DNA of 64,000 nucleotides from an uncultured Armatimonadetes bacterium (GTDB lineage: Bacteria; Armatimonadota; Hebobacteria; Hebobacterales; Hebobacteraceae), in assembly GCA_963716175.1 (NCBI GenBank), contig OY970296.1, forward strand, positions 2,880,001 to 2,944,000. The letters run 5' to 3'. Positions 28,624 through 38,516 of the stretch are shown here, piece after piece (within the stretch, counting starts at the first letter, position 1; each line of letters starts with the position of its first letter). Under the pieces are notes generated by a model, which saw only the letters and a program-made list of their open reading frames with translations, had not been told where the DNA came from and did not search any database. The position numbers and the translations under genes were made by a program.

Positions 28624-29262
28624 ATGCCGCCCGCGACCCCGACGAGATCCGAGGGCATCTCGCCGACCTCTCCACAGGACCAGTTTAGGCAAACCGAGCA
28701 CGCTCTGCTGCGGGTGCTGCAGCAAGGCCAGAATGTCAGCCTCGTCGGCCCTGCTGGTTGCGGAAAGACCCATCTGCTAAGAACCGTCGCTCGCAAAGGG
28801 TCACTCCATATCCCCGATGCGCCGCTGCTGGTCTACCTCGACCTGAGACCCCTCGCGGATGCGACTCAGGAGGAATGCTTCGCGTGCCTGGCTGAGGCGC
28901 TTATCCGCGCGCTTCGCCGCGCTGGCTCGGCTGAGGACTCCAGACGGGCGGGACTTCGCATCTGCAACCTCGTCTCTTCACACTTGCTGGCCGTGCTCGG
29001 GAAGTTCACCCTGCGCGGTGTGCGCGTCTGTTACGCGTTGGACCACTTTGAGTACGCGGCCTGCAACACGCGCCTGAGTCCGGCTTTCTTCGGCGCACTG
29101 CGGAGCCTTTGCAGCGAGCCCGAAGTCTCCATCATCTCCGCCACCCGAGTCCCGCTTTGGCAGTTCGAGAGACTTGCCTCTTGCCTCAGCTCCCCGTTTC
29201 CGAACGTGTTTCTAACCTGGGGAATGAGTGCTGGTGAGAGGGTGTCGGGGATCCGTTGCTGA
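28624..29262 (+). CDS. P-loop ATP-binding protein, STAND-like, probably truncated
   Basis: Walker A GPAGCGKT; VYLDL; altered Walker B YALDHFE; FFGALRSL; SPFPNVF, then a stop. Confidence 0.65.
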   Translation: MPPATPTRSEGISPTSPQDQFRQTEHALLRVLQQGQNVSLVGPAGCGKTHLLRTVARKGSLHIPDAPLLVYLDLRPLADATQEECFACLAEALIRALRRAGSAEDSRRAGLRICNLVSSHLLAVLGKFTLRGVRVCYALDHFEYAACNTRLSPAFFGALRSLCSEPEVSIISATRVPLWQFERLASCLSSPFPNVFLTWGMSAGERVSGIRC

Positions 29263-29934
29263 TCGCAGCACGGCAGCAACTGGCCGGCCGTTCGGGCGCG
29301 ACCGTCAACGGCCCATGGAGTGGGGCTGAGGCTGGAAGTTGGGCCGGCAAGAACTGACACTGGATGGCGCGCGCCGGCTCATGGAATAACCCCTTAGGTG
29401 AGCAGGTCACGCCGGCCCCTGCAGCAGGTCTAGAACAGCAGGGGCCGGCGTCTTTGATGTGGCAGGGGCCGTGATCTGAAACGGTTGCATCGCGGGGGCA
29501 GCGCTGCTGGGATGATGCCTCGTCCAGGCGCAAGATGAGCAAGTGGTTCTCGAGCCTCGGCCGCCTCTTCCTGACCTCCCACCCAGACCAACTCTCCCGT
29601 ATCCCCACCCACGGCAGCGCCCTGTCCTAAGCAGATCAGCCCCTCCCGAGTGGCCGACTGCACGCCTGGCACCATGGAGTGCTGGATCAGAGACACGGTA
29701 ACTCGCAGGACATGCAGTTTGGCCGATTCCTCGGAAGGAATCCGGGCCGGAGGCCCCGCAGACCGCTCTCATAGGATAGAACGCTCTGGGGTCACAGGCG
29801 AGCCCTGTGGGCTGCCGGCTCTGTCTCCTCCTGTGTTGGCGCGTGCAGACTGCCTGGCGACCCAGCAGGTCAACACTCCGATTCGGCCTGGGCCGAACCG
29901 CGGTGTCGTGTCTACGTCCCGGGTCGAGCCGCCC

Positions 29935-30156
29935 TCACAGCCCTCTGAAGAGGTCGGAGATCGAGGTACCCAATCCCCTCGCGATGGCTCGGACGTTGAT
30001 CAGCGACACATTCCGGCGGCCCCGCTCAATGCCGCTGATATACGTCCGGTCAAGTCCGCATTCCGCGGCAAAGTCCTCTTGCGAGAGGCCCTTCGCCTTC
30101 CTCAACTCCCGGACTCGACGGCCGAACCTGATCAGGATGTCACTGGACTTGCGCAT
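29935..30156 (-). CDS. XRE family HTH regulator, controller (C) protein-like
   Basis: [44 protein letters not shown]; 73 aa. Confidence 0.92.
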   Translation of the reverse strand: MRKSSDILIRFGRRVRELRKAKGLSQEDFAAECGLDRTYISGIERGRRNVSLINVRAIARGLGTSISDLFRGL

Positions 30157-30175
30157 CGCCGGTATGCTAGGGCCG

Positions 30176-30209
30176 CTGGGACAATGGGTCTACGGACTAT
30201 CGGTCACAG
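30176..30209 (-). promoter_or_regulatory. Tandem C-box-like operator upstream of the XRE gene
   Basis: Minus strand CTGTGACCGATAGTCCGTAGACCCATTGTCCCAG contains two GAC-N5-GTC boxes separated by CGTA; TAGCAT -10 lies 7 nt before the ATG. Confidence 0.7.
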
Positions 30210-30275
30210 GAAGACGTGGTGCGCAAGCCGGGGGCTGGTGGCGCCAGGTGGGCTCCAGTCGGGATTCTGCCGGAC

Positions 30276-30307
30276 TTGACATTAGATGGAATGTGACCTA
30301 ATGTCAA
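30276..30307. repeat. Perfect 10-bp inverted repeat TTGACATTAG-N12-CTAATGTCAA
   Basis: Read directly; AT-rich spot 55 bp upstream of the recombinase. Confidence 0.85.
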
Positions 30308-30362
30308 CAGCCGCCAAGCCCCGTCGGCAGGATGATCCTTTGGGGCGCGACGGAAGGTAAGC

Positions 30363-31931
30363 GTGACCGGACCTTCTGAGGACGGCGAGCAGTCCGAACG
30401 AGCGACCACGCGTGCTCGGGCTGTAGCATACGCCAGGATGTCTACCGAGCATCAGCAGTACTCGGTCGACAACCAATGCGACGTGATGCGGGAGTACGCC
30501 TCCCGGCACGCCATGGAGATAGTGCGTGTGTACGCCGACGAGGGAAAGAGCGGGCTGCGGCTCAGCGGCAGGGACTCGCTGAAGCGACTCATTGCTGATG
30601 TGAGCAGCCCGACTAGGGACTTCAGCGCCATCCTCGTCTACGATGTCAGCCGGTGGGGCCGGTTCCAGGACGTCGACGAGAGCGCGTACTACGAGTACGC
30701 GTGCCGACGTGCAGGCGTCGATGTGCACTACTGCGCAGAGCAGTTTGCCAACGACGGCAGTCCGGTCTCTACCATCGTGAAGGGCATAAAGCGGGCGATG
30801 GCCGCAGAGTACAGCCGAGAGCTGTCTGCCAAGGTCTTCAGGGGCCAGTCCCGACTGGTTCAGCTTGGGTTCAGGCAAGGGGGCCGTGTCGGCTATGGCC
30901 TCCGCAGGGTACTCGTTGACCAGGAGGGCAACGTTAAGGGCTTGCTCTCCGAGGGCGAGCACAAGAGCATCGCGACCGACAGAGTGGTATTGCAGCCAGG
31001 GCCCCCGGAGGAGCTGGCGATCATCCGATGGATGTTCCTGCAATTCGCCGTTGAGAGGAGAACCGAACCGCAGATTGCTGAGACCCTCAATGCGGAGGAG
31101 ATCGTTGCCCACTCCGGGGGCCCTTGGACACGGGCGATGGTCCACTACGTTTTGACGAACGAGAATTACATAGGCAACAACGTCTACAATCGGACGAGCT
31201 GCAAGCTGAGGAAGAAACGCGTGCACAACACCCCGGATATGTACGTTCGCGCCAATGGGGTGTTCGAGCGAATCGTTGATCTGGACTTGTTCGCCCGAGC
31301 GCAGGAGATCATGGCGGAGCGATGGCGGAAGCGGCCCGATGCGGAGTTGGTGAAGGGGCTGAAGCAGCTCTTGCAGCGGCACCGTCATCTCTCGGTCCGG
31401 ATCATCAACGCGTATGACAAAGGCCCATCGGCCTCAACCTACACCAGGCGGTTTGGCAATTTGCTGCCAGCCTACCGGATGGCCGGCTATGTGCCGAGGC
31501 GCGACTTCGCGTACCTGGAGATCAACAGGCAACTCAGGAAGCTGCATCCCCAGGTAGTGCTGCAGATCAGAACCGGCATGGTGGCCCAAGGCGCGGTGGT
31601 CACGTATGATGAGGAAGCTGACCTGCTAACGGTTAACAGCGAGTTCACGGTGTCAGCAGTGATCGCCAGGTGCCTCCAGACACGTTGTGGCGCGTGCCGG
31701 TGGGTGGTCCGTCTGGACACAAGGCTGAAGTCTGACATCACGGTCGCTGTTCGCATGGATCACGACAATATCGGCCCCATGGACTACTACCTGCTCCCCA
31801 CCACGGACATGCCGGGTGAAGAGCTCCGGCTAGGCGAGACCAACGGGCTGCTGGTCGACCGGTACAAGTTCCAGGATCTCGACTACTTGGCGCGGATGGC
31901 ACGTCGAGCTCATATCCAGGAGGTGATCTAG
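30363..31931 (+). CDS. Large serine recombinase (recombinase family protein)
   Basis: AVAYARMSTEHQQYS, YADEGKSG, LVYDVSRWGR, MAAEYSRELS, GYGLRR, VLTNENYIG. Confidence 0.93.
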   Translation: MTGPSEDGEQSERATTRARAVAYARMSTEHQQYSVDNQCDVMREYASRHAMEIVRVYADEGKSGLRLSGRDSLKRLIADVSSPTRDFSAILVYDVSRWGRFQDVDESAYYEYACRRAGVDVHYCAEQFANDGSPVSTIVKGIKRAMAAEYSRELSAKVFRGQSRLVQLGFRQGGRVGYGLRRVLVDQEGNVKGLLSEGEHKSIATDRVVLQPGPPEELAIIRWMFLQFAVERRTEPQIAETLNAEEIVAHSGGPWTRAMVHYVLTNENYIGNNVYNRTSCKLRKKRVHNTPDMYVRANGVFERIVDLDLFARAQEIMAERWRKRPDAELVKGLKQLLQRHRHLSVRIINAYDKGPSASTYTRRFGNLLPAYRMAGYVPRRDFAYLEINRQLRKLHPQVVLQIRTGMVAQGAVVTYDEEADLLTVNSEFTVSAVIARCLQTRCGACRWVVRLDTRLKSDITVAVRMDHDNIGPMDYYLLPTTDMPGEELRLGETNGLLVDRYKFQDLDYLARMARRAHIQEVI

Positions 31932-32924
31932 GTGAGGGAAGACCACGACGACGGATACGAGATGGAGCAGGATCAAGCGGTTTCGGGAGAGACGCATGCC
32001 GAGACCGGGGGCACTGATCCCGCAGAGAGTGGGACCGGGTGCGGGTCCACGCTGCAGAGCCTGGAGGTGCAGTTGCTGCCACTGGGTAGCATTCGGGTCC
32101 TGAACCCTCGGGGGCGGGAGAGGAGGAAGTTCCGGCAGATCGTTGCGAACATCAGGGACGTAGGGCTGAAGAAACCGATAACGGTGCGGCCGTGCCAGGA
32201 CGGCGGGTACGAGCTAGTATGCGGCCAGGGCAGGCTCGATGCCTTCAGACAGCTGGGACAGACCATGGTTCCGGCCATCGTCCGTGACGTGTCGCAGGAG
32301 GAGATGCTGCTCATGAGCCTGGTCGAGAACATCGCTCGGAGGAATCCGACTAGCATGGAGACCGTCCGTGACATCGCGGCGCTGCGCGAGCGAGGCTACA
32401 GCCAAACGGAGATCGGACAGAAGATCGGGATGGCTCTCAGCCAGGTCAACGGGTTGCTCTACCTATACGACCATGGCGAAAAGCAGCTCATGACGGCAGT
32501 TGAGGCCGGAAAAGTCCCAGTCTCGACAGCCGTCATCATCGCGCGCAGCGATCACAGCGAGGTCCAGGCGGCGTTGCTCCAAGCCGCTGAGCGGAAGGAG
32601 CTGACGGTTGGCGAACTGCAGCGCGCACGTACACTGGCGGATGCGCACGGGGCTTCCGGCAGGAAGCGCCAGGCCACAGGCGATCGCACCTCACAGCCAG
32701 TTACGGGTGACAGCATAGTGAAAGCGTTGCGCCGTGAACAGGCGAAGCACCGCCAGGCTCTCAAGAAAGCAGAGCTGTGCGAGAAGCGCCTAGTCTTTAT
32801 TGTCAACGCGTTGCGTAGGCTCTTCAAAGACCATGGCTTCGTGAATCTACTCCGTGCGGAGGCCCTGGAGACCGTCCCGGAGTACCTGGCCGAGCGGATC
32901 AAGGATGGAGGCGCCAATGGCTGA
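31932..32924 (+). CDS. ParB/RepB/Spo0J family protein
   Basis: IRDVGLKKPITVR, LVCGQGRLDAF, SLVENIARR, HTH region, C-terminal FVNLLRAEALETVP. Confidence 0.88.
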   Translation: MREDHDDGYEMEQDQAVSGETHAETGGTDPAESGTGCGSTLQSLEVQLLPLGSIRVLNPRGRERRKFRQIVANIRDVGLKKPITVRPCQDGGYELVCGQGRLDAFRQLGQTMVPAIVRDVSQEEMLLMSLVENIARRNPTSMETVRDIAALRERGYSQTEIGQKIGMALSQVNGLLYLYDHGEKQLMTAVEAGKVPVSTAVIIARSDHSEVQAALLQAAERKELTVGELQRARTLADAHGASGRKRQATGDRTSQPVTGDSIVKALRREQAKHRQALKKAELCEKRLVFIVNALRRLFKDHGFVNLLRAEALETVPEYLAERIKDGGANG

Positions 32925-34014
32925 TGAGAAGGCGGCGAACTCGCTGAGCGGACCGGCAGCTGACTCTGGAGGCAACGCGGCCTGCATGCCGGCCCAAGAG
33001 GATATGGCCCAGGAGGCCACCGAGGGTGCGGGTGCTGGCCGTGAGACCGGGGTGAATCGCGACGACCTGCCTGCTGCTGCTCTGGCCGGTGGACTGGGTG
33101 ACAGTCCAGCCAACAGCCAAGGTGAACGAGTCAAGCTCGGGTTCGAGCTTGGTGTCGTCTCCATCCCGCTCTCGCAAATCCTCCCCTCCAAGCCCCTGGG
33201 TGAGCAGGCCAAGAGGTCGCATAAGTATGCGGCGGTGGTTTCCTCTATCCAGGAGATCGGGATAATCGAACCCCTGGTGGTGTACCCGATGAGGATGGGC
33301 GGAACAGATCCACCGGGCCAGTACCTTCTGCTAGACGGCCATCTGCGCATTGAGGCGCTCAGGGAACTGGGCCGTGAGGAAACGCTCTGCCTCATTGCCA
33401 CTGATGACGAGTCTTACACCTATAATCACAAGGTCAACCGACTCGTCCCGATACAGGAGCACTTCATGATCCTGAGGGCCCTGGAGCGAGGCATCGGTGA
33501 GGAGCGCATCGCCCGGGCGCTGAAGGTCGATGTTGCGCATATTCGGGAAAAGAGGGACCTGCTCCGAGGCATCTGCACCGAGGTCGTCGTCCTCCTCAAA
33601 GAGGCACCCATCGCGGCCAGTGCACTCCAGCTCCTGCGGGCGGTCAAGCCGACGCGCCAGGTGGCGATCGCCGAGATGATGAACTTGGTTGGGAACTACA
33701 GCAGCACATACTGCCGAGCTCTGGTTGCGGCAACGCCTCAGGAGCAGCGTGTTCGCGCTCGGAAGAGAAGTGCGAAGATGGCACTCAGCGCAGACGAGGT
33801 CGCTCGCATGCAGCGCGAGGAAGATGCCCTGCAGAGCGGTTGGCAGGCCCGCGAGGAGACCTACGGGCAGGACTTCCTGAACCTGGTGGTCGCTCGCGGG
33901 TACGTGTCCAGGCTGCTGGGCAACGCCCGGGTGATGCAATTCCTCTCAGACCAATACCCGGATCTGCTGGAGGGCCTCCGGCAGATAGCGGAGTCAGCAA
34001 GCCTGGAAGGGTAA
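32917..34014 (+). CDS. ParB/RepB-like protein (second, divergent paralog)
   Basis: SIQEIGIIEPLVV, LLLDGHLRIEAL, DDESYTYNHKVNRL..IQEH; GGAGG RBS; overlaps the upstream gene. Confidence 0.88.
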   Translation: MADEKAANSLSGPAADSGGNAACMPAQEDMAQEATEGAGAGRETGVNRDDLPAAALAGGLGDSPANSQGERVKLGFELGVVSIPLSQILPSKPLGEQAKRSHKYAAVVSSIQEIGIIEPLVVYPMRMGGTDPPGQYLLLDGHLRIEALRELGREETLCLIATDDESYTYNHKVNRLVPIQEHFMILRALERGIGEERIARALKVDVAHIREKRDLLRGICTEVVVLLKEAPIAASALQLLRAVKPTRQVAIAEMMNLVGNYSSTYCRALVAATPQEQRVRARKRSAKMALSADEVARMQREEDALQSGWQAREETYGQDFLNLVVARGYVSRLLGNARVMQFLSDQYPDLLEGLRQIAESASLEG

Positions 34015-35187
34015 GTGCATTGGCGCGCCGGGAGCGTGCTATCCGCCCCAACGCCGGTCGCAGAAGCGGCCAGGCCGAGCGCGCCCAACTGGACACAGTC
34101 GCGATGCGTCAGGGGCACCGGTTCTGCCTGGCATGTCAGGTCCTGCCGGTGTTGCAGTCAGTTCGATCTGGATTGCCAGTTGCTCCCCAGCATGCCAGTC
34201 AGCTTCCATGTCGTCGCCTGCGTGGACACGCCAAGTTCACAATGGTCGACCCTCCGCGAAGCGTCGCGCACGGAACCGAGGGCTCAACGGGGAGGCCGAT
34301 TGCCCCTGCTCCGTCCTTGACCAATCGTCATCGGCTACTGGTGCCTTCCCGTGAAATAGCTAGCTCGCTGGGCTGACCCTGTCTGCTATGCCCAAGGGCC
34401 GGCGCGGTTGATCCGCAGCGGGGTCGGCCTAGACGTTACCTTTTCGCTCGAGCTAACAGCCGCTGTTGGCAACCCACCGGTTAGGCGATCTACTGCAGCC
34501 AGTCATCCGCGGAGCACTCCCAAGAGGCTGGAGAGCCACAAGACCGCCAACCGTTCCAGGGCAAACGGGCATTTGTGGCAACGAAAGTCCAGTTATGTCG
34601 CCAGTGCAGCTACGCGCGCTAGAGGCGAGCCTATCACATGATACGCAATGACCATCTGGTGAGCGGACCAGTCAAGGCCCCCGCCGCCAAAGCTGAGATC
34701 TTGGTGGCCTGGGTCCACTCTTCGGCTCCATGACCTGAAGCGGCAGCCCTCGGCACACCGAGCGGACGTCTGTTGTACCTACCAGGCGGCGATGAAGCTC
34801 ATGGTGACCCCCCGAGACGGAGCGAAGCACGGGCAGGTATTGGCCGGCGTGTTGGCATGACCCACCTGGCAACCGGGTCGGCGTCGAGAGTTGCCCCGCG
34901 ACAGATGATTGCCAGGAACCGAGAAGAGGGATCTGAGGGGCGAGGCGACCCGACTTCGCTCGTCCAGGGTGGCTCAGAGGTGGCCGCCGACTACGGGCCA
35001 GCTGCGGATGCCGGCTGATGGACGAGGTTGGTCGCATGCACCGCGAGGAAGACGCCCTGCAGAGGTGTACGCATGTGACCCTCCAGTCGGACTGTGCGCG
35101 CCCAAAGCGTCGGCCTCGCTCGGCAGGACTGCGGCAGCCGTACCCAACGAACCGGGCTCTATGCTATAATGGCTAAGAACTGATGCC

Positions 35188-35565
35188 ATGCCCACGACGC
35201 GTTTTCAGCGTAGCAGCGCTGCTCCCGGCGTCACGGGCGAGAACCCAACCGTTGGCATCCTGATACGGGACCGGCTGGGCAATGACATATGGGGCACCAA
35301 CACCTATGGCCTGGGCCGGGGGACCGGAGCCTTTGGCGCGGGTGACCGGCTGGAGGTGAGGTGGGCCTTGGACATGGACATCGGCCCCGGGCAGTACACT
35401 GTGACGGCGGCGGTGCACACCGAGGACGTGCACCTGTACCGCTGTTTTGACTGGGCAGACGCGATGCTTTCCTTCCAGGTGCTGCCGCGGACCGACTACC
35501 ACTTCATCGGGGCCGCCCACTTGCGCCCCCAGGTTTCTTTTCGGCGCGGCAGAGGGAGTCTCTGA
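35188..35565 (+). pseudogene. Wzt C-terminal carbohydrate-binding domain fragment (no ATPase domain)
   Basis: ENPTVGILIRDRLGNDIWGTNT...IGPGQYTVTAAVH...DWADAMLSFQV...FIGAAHL; no ABC motifs upstream. Confidence 0.7.
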
Positions 35566-35575
35566 TCTCGCCTCC

Positions 35576-35998
35576 GTGATCGCGGCCCTCTATCCCGAGG
35601 CACCGCGGTCGCTGGATATGCGGGATGAGAAGCATCTGCTGCAAGGATGGTATCACGTAGAGGACGCAGGCGGCCGGCCCATGCGCTGGACCAAGGGGGA
35701 GTTCGCTTTCGTGCTGCGGGGGCCGGCGAAGGCGGTCGGCCTGGCGGCTTCCTGCCAGCGGGGCGATATTCGCGAGCGGCCGGTGCGGGGGCGGGTGTGG
35801 GTCAACGGGGCAGAGGTGGGAGAGTTCCAACTGGACTCGAATCAGCTCAGGACCGTGAGGATCCCGGTTGACCTGGAGACCGACGCGCCGGTGAAGGTCG
35901 AGGTTCGGCTGGATGGCACCTGGGTGCCAGAAGAGCACGGCTTCAAGGGGGACCGGCGGGAGCTGGGGATCTTCGTGGCGAGAGCATGGACGGAATAG
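35576..35998 (+). CDS. Hypothetical beta-sandwich protein (glycan-locus accessory domain)
   Basis: GWYHVE...MRWTKG...WVP...DRRELG; start uncertain. Confidence 0.7.
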   Translation: MIAALYPEAPRSLDMRDEKHLLQGWYHVEDAGGRPMRWTKGEFAFVLRGPAKAVGLAASCQRGDIRERPVRGRVWVNGAEVGEFQLDSNQLRTVRIPVDLETDAPVKVEVRLDGTWVPEEHGFKGDRRELGIFVARAWTE

Positions 35999-36014
35999 GA
36001 GCGGGGGAGATCAC

Positions 36015-37412
36015 ATGCCTGACCAACTTTTCGAGATTCACGATGACCAGATCAACGTGGACGAGATCATGAGCCGGATCCAGGAGCGAGCCCGGCAGCG
36101 CACCCTGCAGGGGCCGATCCCGAGCGGGGCCACGGCCCCTCGGACAGCATCACTCCTGCCCGCCGCCGCTTATCCCTCGGGCGATGAGGTCCGGAACCTG
36201 GAAATCCTGAACGCGAACTTCGACCCCGAGAGCACGCTCCCGGAGCGCACGCGCTTGCGTGGCCTCAAGCGCTTGGTCTTCTGGGCGGTCAGGGCCTTCG
36301 CGCGCGCTCAGGCCTCCTTCAACGCGGCGGCGACGGCGCTTCTGTCCAAACAGGTGGACCAGATCAGCGCCGTGGTCCAATGTCTGTCCGCGCTGGAGGA
36401 GAGAGTCGGCGGCCTCGATGAGCTAAGAGGCGTGATGGACAACCGCGTCACGGATCTTGAGAAGGCGCTGGATGGGCTCTGTGCTGGCCTAGCCGGAAGG
36501 GAAGTGGGCCCGGATGGCCGGGTAGCTTGCCTGAAGGCGGCCGCGGCCGAACTCCACGAGTTGGAGGATCATGAGCGCGCGCTCGGCCAGCGTCACGAGT
36601 TGCTGCGCCAGGAAGTGCTGCTGCAGAAGAGACGGCTGGAGCTGATTCTGCGCGAGGTGAGGCGGAAGATGGGGCTCGATCGCGAGACCGCATCCCGGTT
36701 CCGCGAGCAGGAGGAGCGGCTGTCAGACCATCTGTTCGTGCTGCACGATCAGACCTTCCGTGGAACAGATGAGGAGATCCGCCAGCGAATGGCGATCTAC
36801 ATGCCGGTGTTGGCAGAGCGGCGGGCGCAGGTGGGCGAGGACGCGTATGTCCTGGACATCGGCTGCGGCCGCGGTGCCCTGCTCGAGCTGCTCCGGGAGG
36901 CCGGCATCCCTGCCCGCGGAGTCGAGCAGAACGAGGAAGCGGCCCAGGTCTGCCGCGACAAGGGACTGACGGTAGCCCAACGAGATGGCCTCGCCGAGCT
37001 TGCCTCCCTTCCCGACGAGTCCCTACTGGGCGTGACGGCATTGCATGTGGTCGAGCATCTGGCGCTGCCGGACCTACTGGAGTTCATCAAGCTCTGCCAC
37101 CAGAAGATCCGGCGGGGCGGCGCGCTGGTGCTGGAGACACCCAACCCCACCAATCTGGTGGTGGGAGCGGCCGAGTTCTACCTCGACCTGACGCACCGGC
37201 GCCCCATCCATCCGCTGGCGCTCTCCCATCTCGTCGAGAGCCTAGGCTTTGTGGACGTGGAGCTGCGCAATCTCCAGCCGGCCGAGCCCGAGCTGCTGCT
37301 GCGCCTCACCTCAGGCAGCACCGGTGACCTGGCGACAGAGAATGAGAACTGGAGACGGCTCAACGATCTCCTGTTTGGCCCAAGAGACTATGCTGTCATC
37401 GCCACCCGATGA
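36015..37412 (+). CDS. Coiled-coil plus class I SAM methyltransferase (WbdD-like candidate chain terminator)
   Basis: INVDEIMSRI, long helical region, FRGTDEEI, VLDIGCGRG, HVVEHL, ETPNP, FYLDLTHRRPIHP. Confidence 0.85.
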   Translation: MPDQLFEIHDDQINVDEIMSRIQERARQRTLQGPIPSGATAPRTASLLPAAAYPSGDEVRNLEILNANFDPESTLPERTRLRGLKRLVFWAVRAFARAQASFNAAATALLSKQVDQISAVVQCLSALEERVGGLDELRGVMDNRVTDLEKALDGLCAGLAGREVGPDGRVACLKAAAAELHELEDHERALGQRHELLRQEVLLQKRRLELILREVRRKMGLDRETASRFREQEERLSDHLFVLHDQTFRGTDEEIRQRMAIYMPVLAERRAQVGEDAYVLDIGCGRGALLELLREAGIPARGVEQNEEAAQVCRDKGLTVAQRDGLAELASLPDESLLGVTALHVVEHLALPDLLEFIKLCHQKIRRGGALVLETPNPTNLVVGAAEFYLDLTHRRPIHPLALSHLVESLGFVDVELRNLQPAEPELLLRLTSGSTGDLATENENWRRLNDLLFGPRDYAVIATR

Positions 37413-37448
37413 GCATGAGGGATGAGGGGTCTCCGCGGCCGGCGGCGC

Positions 37449-38516
37449 ATGAACGCCATCCACCAACTGGTCACCGGGTTCACCTCCGGCGACGCGATCA
37501 GCAATGATGCCCGCACGATACGCTCTGCCCTGGAAGCATGGGGATACTCGTCACGGATCTTCGCGGTGCACATCAATGAGCATCTCGCACCGGAGGCTCG
37601 GCCCTACCAAGAGCTGGCCAACTGCCTCCACGGCAGCAGCGGTGTGATCCTCCACCACTCGATCGGCTCAGCGGCCACCCGCGCTGCGCTACAGGCCCGC
37701 GCAAAACGCATGCTCATCTACCACAACATCACGCCAGCCGAGTTCTTCGAAGCCTTCGATCCTCACAGGGCCGCTCTCCTGAGGCAGGGACGCGAAGAGC
37801 TGCGCCACCTGCGAGGTCGCTTCGACCTGGTGATGGCAGATTCCGCGTACAACGCGGCCGAGCTGGCAGAGCTGGGCTACGAAAGGGTGGAAGTGGTGCC
37901 AATTCGGATCCGCTTCGACGATCTGGCGGAGCCAACAGACCCCCAGGTGTTGGCCGCGCTGTCGGGCCCGGAGCGCAAGATCACCTTCGTGGGGCGCATC
38001 TCGCCCAACAAGAAGCAGGACGACCTGGTGACGGCGTTCGCCTACTATCAGCGGATCAACCCTCGTTCCCGGCTGTTTCTGGTAGGCGATTTCCTGCCCA
38101 CAGAGCGCTACTACCGCGCCGTAGTCCAGCTCATTCGGGATACCAATGCCACCGGAGTCGTGCTCACCGGGAAGGTCAGCCAGGCGCAGCTCAATGCGTA
38201 CTACCAATCCACTGACCTGTTCGTCTCCATGAGCGAGCACGAGGGCTTTGGCATCCCGCTGGTGGAGGCGATGCATTTCGGCATACCTGTGCTGGCCTAC
38301 AAGGCGGGCGCGGTTCCTGAGACCATGGGTGAATCGGGTATACTGGTCACCGAGAAGCGCTACCTTGAGATGGCGGAAATGATGGACCTGTTGATCGAGG
38401 ACCAAGGGCTGCGGGAGCGGATCATCGCCGGTCAGCAGCGGCGCCTGCGAGACTTTCTGCCCGACCGCGTCTTGCCTCAGCTCAGGGCCGCGGTGAAGGA
38501 GTTCGCCGCTCTATGA
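37449..38516 (+). CDS. Glycosyltransferase family 4
   Basis: GDAISN, YHNITP, FVGRISPNK, EHEGFGIPLVEAM. Confidence 0.92.
   Translation: MNAIHQLVTGFTSGDAISNDARTIRSALEAWGYSSRIFAVHINEHLAPEARPYQELANCLHGSSGVILHHSIGSAATRAALQARAKRMLIYHNITPAEFFEAFDPHRAALLRQGREELRHLRGRFDLVMADSAYNAAELAELGYERVEVVPIRIRFDDLAEPTDPQVLAALSGPERKITFVGRISPNKKQDDLVTAFAYYQRINPRSRLFLVGDFLPTERYYRAVVQLIRDTNATGVVLTGKVSQAQLNAYYQSTDLFVSMSEHEGFGIPLVEAMHFGIPVLAYKAGAVPETMGESGILVTEKRYLEMAEMMDLLIEDQGLRERIIAGQQRRLRDFLPDRVLPQLRAAVKEFAAL

Noticed and set aside
29262-29935. Possible decayed restriction-modification gene downstream of the controller-like gene
   Set aside because: No methyltransferase or nuclease motif readable in any frame; a BLASTx search is needed.
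34015-35180. Short ORFs and a possible right att site of the recombinase module
   Set aside because: No coding signal, no tRNA fragment and no copy of the 30276-30307 arms found by eye.
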